A DNA stretch of 44,603 nt from Trichoplax adhaerens (lineage: Eukaryota > Animalia > Placozoa), in contig NW_002060950.1 of assembly GCF_000150275.1 (NCBI RefSeq), forward strand, positions 3,330,585-3,375,187, written 5' to 3'. Positions 34,748 through 44,603 of this stretch are shown here, piece by piece. A program made the translations under genes and the position numbers. Each line of letters begins with the position of its first letter. Position 1 is the first letter of the stretch. The notes below the pieces were generated by a model. The model worked only from the letters and a program-made list of their open reading frames with translations. It made no database searches and had not been told where the DNA came from.

Positions 34748-37700
34748 CTGAAGACCCGAATGAAATAATTTTGAACTGTAATTACTTTATAAGAAACGGG
34801 GATACATCGATTATTAAAATTATAAAATTTCTTTGAAATCCTTAAGAAAGCGCTTCAGAAGATATGAAATTTATATTAAAACCAATTCGAATTTAAATTG
34901 TTATAGAAATACACTTACTTGGTGATTAAATATCAATCGTATCTCCTTTCTGCATCATTTGATCGAAACTAGTAACTGATATTACTGCAAATGACTCAGA
35001 AAAGTAAAACTCACTTGCATGTTAACTTAATTCTACTACCAAAGGACGAATTATAACAATGGCTACGGTAAGAGCTAATTTTATAGTAATTTGCGCTAAT
35101 AGTAAAAAATGGAAAGTTTCAATAAGAAAATAAATCTTAATAAAAAGGAATTCTGTATAATTCAGGAATACTTATATTCATTGAGATAATTTATTGGCGA
35201 TTCAAAACGCAACTGGTAAATCTATTAGGAATTAAAACCATAAATTAGGCAATAACGTTAGCGCGATAAAAATGTATATTTTAATCGCACCTAATAACAT
35301 ATAAATATAAGATTTATCTACGAGGAAAATTTTAAAATGATACTAATAATAATTATATGCTTAGATGTTAGATATTCATAAAGCCTAATCTATGGTTTAA
35401 ACAACGATACATAATAGCCATTTTCCGCTAACAGATATGTAAAACTACAGAGTGATGTAAATTTTGATCATTTAAAATAACGATAATAGCACTACACTAA
35501 TTTAAGATTAAAAGATCATCAGCACTATGATAGATGTATTGGAATATTTTTATCCTTACAACTAGATTTATTTAGACAAATGGTTAATAAATGTTCATTA
35601 GAAAATAGTAAGACTTTAGAAATAATAGAATAATTTCAATGTTAATTACGCACTAATATTGTAATTAGACCTGACTTGTAATATACTATTTAAGTTTCTT
35701 GGTAACGCACTAGATTATACACTTAAAGTTTCTCTAGAAGCTTTAACATTATACTTAATGAAGCTTATATAAATTAAACAAACTAAATACTAGTTAGTAA
35801 CAAGGGTGCAGTAATTAATAACCAATAAATAATCCTCCGTAACATGTTACAGATAGTATCTAAACATGATTTATTGTCTCAACATATTAGTTTGTAGACG
35901 AATAGATTGCAGTATATTTAGTTTTAAATACTTTTAGCAAAGACTTTGTCTTCCTATAAACTTTACATAATTATCGAACAAACTACGTCACTTTTCAAAA
36001 AATACCAATTTAGCGGTATCTTCCTTACGAATTTATGGAAATAGACGCATGTAGCCAAAATTGTATATCACATACTATCAAAAAATATCAATACACTGAG
36101 AGAATATGCACTTCCTATTGCGATCATTAACAAATGGATGGATGAATTTGGCGTTTCGCAGCCACTGCAACTAAACACATGAAGATGTCTAGTAATTTTA
36201 TAAAAAAACTTTCTTCCGATTTGGTTTCTGCGGATATTTTCAATTTCATAATTTCCCTAGTCGATATAAAATTTAGAAAAAATAGCTTTGATTACAGAGT
36301 TTAAGAATACAGTAGTAGTATATAAATAATTGATTAGTAGCAAGGATGTAATCTTGACTATCCTGAGTTCAATGAAGTGAAGTTTCGAGTGTACTCTAAG
36401 CTCATCTCCGCAGTTCTTAAATATATTTCATTTAATCAATCTATGACAACATAGTTGCCTATAACCAGACTTGAGTCCTCAAAAAAAGAGTTCTTTCAAT
36501 TAAATCTTCACGACAGGTATATTTTTCAATACGAAACAAGCTGCTTAAAAATATCATTACTCTTCTATTAATATAAACACCGAAAGGTGCTAGACATCTT
36601 CACTCTTACCGTACATTAAGTCTCATATATATATTTTCTATACATACCCTGCTAAACAGGCTAATATTAATAATCATCTAATATTAGCTTTTATGATAAT
36701 ATTTATTCTTAGAAATCTAATTATATTCAATGCACCAATCAATAAAATCAAATATATGGGGCGCATCACTCTATTTAGCGTAAGAAAAGGAAATCGTTCC
36801 ATTGGCCATATGTATCGATTATTCTGATGGCTTAAATTAATTTTAGATTTTTCAGGCCTACCTTTCAAGTATGAGTAGTAATTAAAATCTTTTATTACAA
36901 ACGCATAGAATAAAGTAAATAGTTATAATGCAAAAACATTAAACTGATGTGCTACTGCAACGTTGTCATGGAAATAAGCACGTAAATGGTCTTGATAATG
37001 TAGCATCAAAAACAATCTGTTTTAATTGCAAGTTGGCTATAACTAGTATAAATGATCGTCACTATTATCAAACAATTCGTTACAATAATCGTTTCAAATC
37101 AAAATAGCATGTAACCTAAAATCTTAATTCAGCTGCTAACAGTCCCAAAACAAGAACCTGAAACATTCGAACATATTTTTAATTATCAAATGATACCGAT
37201 ACTAAAATTAAAAGCTCGTCATTTGTACTTAAACCATTAATATCAACTGCCAAAAATTCGTATATGTATTTGCCACAACTACCCTTGTATAACAAGAAAA
37301 CAACACAGTACTTATAATAGGCTTTACTGTAATCCGCAGAACTACTTCCCTAGCCTACGTTATAGTAATTGGTATCCTTGAGAAGTACATACTAATACGC
37401 TCAACACAATATACTGTATATAACTATCACACAACTTAGACTTAACCTGAACCACTTTTATTGATCACAGTTATACTTGCAAACTCTTTCAGTTGTTATA
37501 AACATATTTGCTATGCTGTAAACGCATTTCAATAGTAAACATGTTATCAAGATTAAATTATCAAACACAGATATTCTAGGTAAAAGACAATTGCATTTGA
37601 AAGTCTACTTCAATTGTAAGCCTTGCCAAACTCCTCTTTTCTCGGTACTTACTTGCAACACATCGTATGGCCATAATATCATAATGAACTGAGTTTATTG

Positions 37701-39543
37701 CTAACAATAACTATCCCTAAAGTATTAGTTCATACTTCTAACATGTTTTAAGGAAAATATTATCATAAACTATACATCCATATCTAAATTATTTTAATGA
37801 CTACAGTAGTAATATACTATCCATATGCAAAGATTTTTGACACTGAATATATCTTCATTACTTTTTAAAATTACGGTTAGATCATAGATTGAATATAATA
37901 TTATCTATTAATTAAAGTAGACTAAAATATGAATTTTAATTTTCCTTTAGTAAGTTTCGCGAAGTATTTTATTTCAATATATCTTATAGTAGTATAAGCT
38001 TCAATCAGGTAGAATCTAGGAACTAATAATCTTAGCATCACTAAACCGGTAGATCCGCTACCAATAAAACTATGCAATCATACGGTACATTATATTTTTG
38101 ATAAGCATATAAATATTAACTGAGCTATGTGGTAAATTTATAATATTAGTAACATGTTTAATTGAAACAAATAGTTATTCATTCCAATCATATATAACAC
38201 GCCATTACTGAAACTGAGCTCACGGTAGAAAGCATAGTGATAAAATATAACTTATTATACTATATGGTGGCCGATTATGTCGAATGTCTGACCTTCTTCA
38301 ATTGGAATAATATTTAATGTCATTTTTGGGTATTATTTTACTGCGTTTCTTCAGAATTGAATACAGGAAGGAAATATTTTTTAGAAGACGCCAACGGTAA
38401 TATAATGACCAGTAATAGTCTCCTTCTATTACTGTAGGTTCACTTACGTAACCCAAAATATGAATTAACAAAATTGAGTAATTTCCCAATGTGATACACG
38501 AAGGTCAACACCGAAAAAGTAGCCTTGAATAACAAGGTTTATTGATACGCCCGCCTGTCGGAGAAGATTTCAGCTTCTTTTCCTTATAAGAATAGCTGAA
38601 AACGACTAAGATAAATCAGCACATAAATCACTTCTATACAAACTATACCAATAAATGCCTCCATCATATAGTAGAAATACTAATTTGAGGCTATGAAAGC
38701 TCGATTTAACACCTGTCTAGGATAAACCGGATAATTATACTTTAACTCTTATATGGAAGACAGTCTACGTAATCCTATATTTGGCTATCAGATACGGCCT
38801 AAACTGGAAAGCCCTAATCTTATACTAGAAACAGTACAAACGCGCCGTCTCATCCTATTAGCCACTTACTGTACTACAATTATCTGAAATCATTACACGC
38901 TGCCTCCATTTAATGTCTATTTTATAAGCAGCAACCATACGGTAGCGTATCACGTTGCCGTAATAATTTAAGGTCTATTGAAATTTACAGACTGAATGAG
39001 TACTAATGAGATAATTGTTGAATGTCTAGCCTTGGAAAGCATGTCACAACATTTGAATAATGGATGAGGCATAAAAAAAATACCGGACTTTAAGTTAATT
39101 CTTAATTTTTCGATCATGGATTTAGACTTTTAGCATTTCATATTGAGAGTGATGATATGGTATGATTATGAATTATTACTTTATTAATGAAACAAATAGA
39201 TCTTCCTACAATAGGAATTATATCCGGCAGTAATTTTAGCAGAAATATTCTATCATCATATTCTAGCAATAAATTCCTAACAGACTAGCAGGTGTATTTG
39301 GCGTATTTGTATACGATTTATTTAGCAATTAAATGTACTTACGGTTGAGCGAATACTAAACACAAAAAGAAATAAAGAAATCTATGACGTAATAGTTTCT
39401 TACATCCTGTAACCGGTTTTCGATCGTTTCATTGATACTAAAGCAGTCAATGCTTGATAAGTGACACGCATTACCTACCTTTCTGACCGAGTTATTAATA
39501 CTAACTGAAGCATATACTTGAATTTTAATTATTAATTTGAGCG

Positions 39544-39715
39544 TGTCACAAAGTTATGTTGCGAACTACTACACTAAACTAATAGATTACTTATGCCTTG
39601 CTCCACTAAAACCTGGATATCTACCGTATGGTAGTTCTATACTACCTACGGTCACACAGGGATAAGACTGTACTACAAGATTAGTATGGTTTTTATACAG
39701 TTGCAGTATTTTTAA
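39544..39715 (-). repeat. Partial family G copy lacking the family C core
   Basis: tgtcacaaa...tagattactta...gctccacta...ctgga.atct and gataagactgtactacaagattagt align with the two sides of the family C block at 22034-22430. Confidence 0.65.
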
Positions 39716-40393
39716 ACTATGTAGTCGTCGATCGAGTTCTTTTTTTTAATGTGCTCTAAATTGCGCATTAATCCAAACGGTTGTAATTTCAAATTTCATA
39801 CGACTTACTTCTAGTTTTACCGAATGCAACTACTCCATTATAATCATTTGTTCAATTTCCTATCATTTCTTACTTTCGATAATAGATATCATTAAAACTA
39901 CTATAAGCAGGATCAATAGCTAAAGGATGTCAATCGCAAACAATTAAGAAACTAAGTCACTATCGTTTTTGCTCAACTGTTTTCTTGAGAGTCATCATCT
40001 TCTCTATTACAATCAAACACTAAAGACATTAACTTAGCAAATCACAGGTCATCAACTATATTTCATGTACTGCCAACAATGATGGGAATCTATAAATCTA
40101 TTACTGATGGTATCAACTTATAAACGAGGATAAATCAACCATAAACAAAGTTTATGATCATTTTTGTCTAAAGTTTCTTCATTGCGAACTTTTAAGCAAT
40201 TTAAGAACTATTACTTTTATGAATCGCTATCAGCAATAGGAAAATGGTTTTGTAACAAAAAAATCTAGAGGCATTTTTCGGATCTTGTTAAATTAATTTT
40301 AAAATACTTATCGTGATTATTAGTCCGTGAAAATTATGTAAGTTTTACTCGATTCTTATCCCAGACACAATATAAACTGTCTAACTTCTTATA

Positions 40394-40807
40394 TGTAAGC
40401 AATAGCTTATCGAACTCACTTTACTCATATTGCACTAAGCTTAAGTACTATTAACATCTTCTAATACGGCAGTATTTGCCTAAATCTTGGAACAACAGTC
40501 ATATTACCAGCGGCTAATGGCATATTACTATATCTAAATTATACAGGTTAAAAGATTATTAAATAGCACTAATTAATACATACATAGTATTGTAAGCATA
40601 CAACCTAATGCTATTAATAGGGCTGCGACCTATCCCCAGAACAGTACATCAGCTACATAACCTAAATATGGTACAGCGCAAAGGGTACAGCCATCCCTTA
40701 CGAAAGCAGAATCATCTACATTTTCAGCTCATTAGTAGTATAGAACAGCAAGTGCGTGGTTTACAATCCTAATAGTAACTATCTATAACAATCAACAACG
40801 CATTACA
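40394..40807. mobile_element. Candidate solo LTR (414 bp)
   Basis: Termini TGTAA...TTACA flanked by TATA/TATA. The TSD is low complexity and there is no second copy. Confidence 0.25.
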
Positions 40808-41998
40808 TATAAACTACACCGTGATCAAAGTTCTTGACGATCGATCAATACTAGTTTATTAATAAATTAAGCTTACGAAAGACTCCCATGTCGTAACATC
40901 ATAACTATGATTTTAGTTCTGTAAATATTTTCTCGACAATAAAAATTTTATTCATAAATTATTAAATATAGCAAAGCTCGAGTTTTATTGCAAGTAATGA
41001 TCCACTAATACATTTTTATAAAGCTAAGAACATGTTGATTTTAGAAACATTACATAGACATAAGTTAACTTTAAGCCTAACTGAATTGTTATTACTGAAA
41101 TTTTTATTTCTAGCTGATAGACATAAATGAAAGCTATTATCTGATCTACAATTTCATTGTTTGCAATATTTCAATAAATTTAGTGACAATTATTAGACGC
41201 AGTCAAGCATATCACAATCTGAAGATCAGTCAGATAGCGCCGAATTAGGATATTCTAATTTCACATAATCATTCTTTGTAGATATTATTTGCTTGCTAGT
41301 CAAGTTCATCGAAATAAACTGTAGCAGATATCTAAAGAATCGCAACAGTATCTCTTCATTAGACCAATAGAACATTTTTTATTAATCACACGTGAGAATA
41401 AAAATTATTCATTTATAGCTTAATTAAAATCCTTAAAGTTGATAAACTTCGTATCAGAGAGCTTACTATCTGATACGAATTTTCCAAATGACCGTGGTCA
41501 TCATCAAATAAAATTCTTTCCAGTTATGTACAGTATATTTTGTCATTCTCGTTTCTACTTCTATTGTGCTAAAGACTTCCCTACTTTTTGTTTTACACCC
41601 TGCTTGCTGAATTACAAAAGGGTGTGACTAATATTGCTTAAAAAATACATTTGTACGTCTTTTTATAGGCAAATACTAGCCAAAACTGTATTTTATATTA
41701 ATTTTATTATTTGCTGTAGACATTAATATATGTCTGTTAGGTAAGAAGATGAGGCTGAAATAAACTAATCTAGAACTTAATCGTCTATTACAACAAGTTC
41801 ACGCTTTATTTTCAAGGAAATTCTGCGCAATAAGAAAGCATTAAAGCGCTAACTGTAATTCAATTAAATAATTTTTAAATGGCATCATCTTTATTTTTCT
41901 ACAGTTTATCTTAATAATTGACAAATTATAACATCATTTACCTACTTCTCTGCGGTATCTTGAAATTTAGTAACGAGTATACACAATCATATAAATAT

Positions 41999-42232
41999 TG
42001 TAATATCACTCACACCCCATTACTTACTCTCTTCTAATGTGAGTGATCAACTAATTTACGAGCTACTTAGTCACTCCAACTAACTACGGAGAGATACTGT
42101 AAGATTAACTACTTCCTCACAAGTATAATAAGCGGCTTCTTGTAAGATTATTTTTATGAGTTTTTAATTCTATTCATACAACGAAAGTATAGTACCTTGT
42201 CGTACACTAGAGAAGTATCAACTGAGTGATAT
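41999..42232. repeat. Hairpin-rich repeat, family C copy 2, MITE-like ends
   Basis: The core matches 22115-22317 in reverse. Terminal inverted repeat ATATCACTCA (42003-42012) / TGAGTGATAT (42223-42232). An internal stem pairs 42005-42014 with 42038-42047. Confidence 0.8.
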
Positions 42233-43320
42233 ATTTTCTGCTCGGGCATATATACAGTCGCCACACGATAACCTAATGTAAAACATTAGACTTTGATTTT
42301 TTAGATAAGCCTTGAAGAAATCGTAGTGGTGAAACCAACGAACAGAATCCAACAGATAGCATTACTGAAACATTTTATTGACTTAATTAGATTAGCTAAT
42401 TATACTGCAGCACAATCTTTACATTTTAAATACTGCTTTAATCGGTAAACAGATTTTTATCAATGATCAGCTGCAATGTTTATATAAGTAATAAGCATGT
42501 AAAAGAACATGAGAGACTTTAAGCGATTGCCATATTTCCAGTTAAGAAAATATGCGAAAAGTATTTAAAATCTTAAATATGATAACTTCTTACAATAATG
42601 AGTTGGTCAGCCTTTTAATTGAATAACTCATCCATTTCAGATGAGCTTTTGGTAATATAGAGCCAAACTCGCATTTATTATTTGCTCACATGCTCATACA
42701 ATACAATATTAATAGGATACGAAATTGTTTACAATCCAAACTGACTTACAAATAGGTGCACAAAACAAGAAGAGGAAATAGATCTAAAACCTGAGTATTA
42801 CCTTACCGAAATCTTATTAATAACCTAAACTTAGCGTCAGAATTTAAATGCTTCTGTCCCTCAATTACTGTACCGCATGAAATCAGTTGTAGTTCAAATT
42901 CACGAGATGAATTCCGTAACAGGTAATCAAATCACCAATGGGATTTAAACATCTTAGCTATTAGATCTTTTTAAGACGCCAAGCTTTCATTTGTTGCCAT
43001 TCATATATTTCAATTTGACATCATATTTTACTCACTATTGCGAATATTTCATTACATACTCAATACTACATATACGCGTACATGATATATTTACTAGTAG
43101 ATTTTGAAGTTGTATAACATGATAGTGAATTATCACCTTTTTACGTATATACATCGGCAACATATAGATTATTAGATTTAGAGGAATAAGCATGGATATC
43201 GTAGTTATGATAAAGATGAAGCGAGATACTTGCTTAAATTATAATTACAGTTCCGCTAGAGAAGTAAACGAAGTAAATTGACCATCCTGATATTACTAAC
43301 TCTAATTTTAAGCCGGCACC

Positions 43321-43620
43321 TTACTTAGAACTATGATTACGATTCCAAATAAACGATCTGAAGGCTCCACTACTGCGAGTCTTTGAAGAAAGGGTAGATT
43401 GGCTTTTCTTTATTCTGCCTTTAAACTGGCTTCTAAATTGTTGGCCATAAAAGGCATACAAAAAAGGATTAACTGCAGATGAGAGCGAAGGTATCCAAGC
43501 CATCCAGTAAATTAGACCGTATATTTCACTTATGTGCGCTGGGCGATTGATACGATAGTAAACGGAATATGTCCAATATATCGCCCATGTACAAGTAAAA
43601 AAGACGGTTATAAAAATCAT
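43321..43620 (-). CDS. Probable terminal exon (TM6, TM7, C-tail) of a different class A GPCR; intact status unknown
   Basis: Reads VFFTCTWAIYW...LSSAVNPFLYAFYGQQFRSQFK. On the minus strand it is directly preceded by a pyrimidine-rich tract ending TTAG (acceptor AG at 43621-43622). Upstream exons could not be resolved. Confidence 0.75.
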   Translation of the reverse strand: MIFITVFFTCTWAIYWTYSVYYRINRPAHISEIYGLIYWMAWIPSLSSAVNPFLYAFYGQQFRSQFKGRIKKSQSTLSSKTRSSGAFRSFIWNRNHSSK

Positions 43621-44603
43621 CTAATATAAAGATATTAAAGCAAAGACAACGATCAAAATTTAAGTATTTCATCCTTGCATTAAAATAACAAAAGTTAGCA
43701 GGGTCCATAATTTATACACTATTAGTCCTATGCATTTTTTGTTGCATACATGATAACTATTTAATGCATGGTAATCTTTCTTTAAAATTATATAAGGGAT
43801 CCCATACTAAATCTCAAGCAAAGCAGCTCCGAATATTTCAATTTATGGTATAAATATACTAAAGACTTTAAGAAGAAGAATTTATTAAGAAGTTAAATGA
43901 AACTGAGCGCTTAAGAAGCATTGCAATTGTACTATAACTATCTAGTTGTAAATAAGATGAGTTTCATTATCTATAATTTTAAAGAGTTTTAAGGATTCAG
44001 AAGCTATTTTTTAATTCATCATTCTTTAGAATTGATCTATACCCTTATTTTAACAACTGAAAAGGGGTAATAATCGTGTTTGTCTTCACCGGATGCTCAA
44101 TATCGCGATATTGATTGGCTAAGAAACAATATTACTTCACGATACTTCCAATGAAAGGCTATAAATCTTTCTTGTGCAGGTATAAAAGAATAGCAGGCTG
44201 CAAGATAATAGTAGCAATAAAATACTGCTGCAATTTAAAAAAACATTTTTAGCGTACAATACTGCTATAAGGTGTTGCTTACTTGAATAAAATCGGACGT
44301 CAGTCCTCTTACTAGATGACAACTACTTCAAGTTTTGAGTTAAGAAATATTGATGCCAATAGAAAAATCTTTAGAATATCTATCTTAGAGAATGGTAGTT
44401 TAATTGATAGCCAAACGAAAGATACTGATTAACCATACACGTTAATGTGCAACATCCACTGTATTAATCAATTTCCTTCTCATCAAATTTTTGGCAGTGC
44501 TAGCACAAAGCACAAGTCTATTGTAACGAGTTCGATTGCGAAAGTAAGAAAAGGGATGTACGTTATACCTAATCACCTTATTGACACCTAAATAACATTT
44601 TAG

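Noticed and set aside
38490-38878. TGTGATAC...TACTACA segment as another solo LTR
   Set aside because: No TSD and no second copy in the window.
1-44603. tRNA, rRNA, CRISPR array or prokaryotic operon
   Set aside because: No cloverleaf, rRNA-like or regularly spaced short direct repeat patterns were seen, and the sequence is eukaryotic in character.

Overview
AT-rich eukaryotic DNA with three N gaps. The organism cannot be read from the sequence, but the composition and the intronless class A GPCR array resemble an early-branching animal such as the placozoan Trichoplax. The backbone is a tandem, same-strand array of five paralogous rhodopsin-like (class A) GPCR genes spaced about 8-10 kb apart. 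Three are disabled (712-972, 7875-8912, ~15486-16496) and two are intact (25351-26469, 33647-34747). The last exon of an unrelated, convergent class A GPCR lies at 43321-43620 (-). The spacers, which the ORF track does not explain, are dense in LTR-retrotransposon remains. These include at least five solo-LTR families with TG...CA ends, a TATA box followed by AATAAA and, in several copies, exact 4-5 bp target-site duplications. One 552-bp family has three near-identical copies, two of which form a convergent inverted pair. Three further elements combine an LTR, a PBS-like motif and, in two copies, a decayed gag-like frame; one of them splits a GPCR gene. I also see a PIF/Harbinger transposase relic, a C2H2 zinc-finger relic and a hairpin-rich ~200-bp repeat. 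All alignments and boundaries were made by eye.
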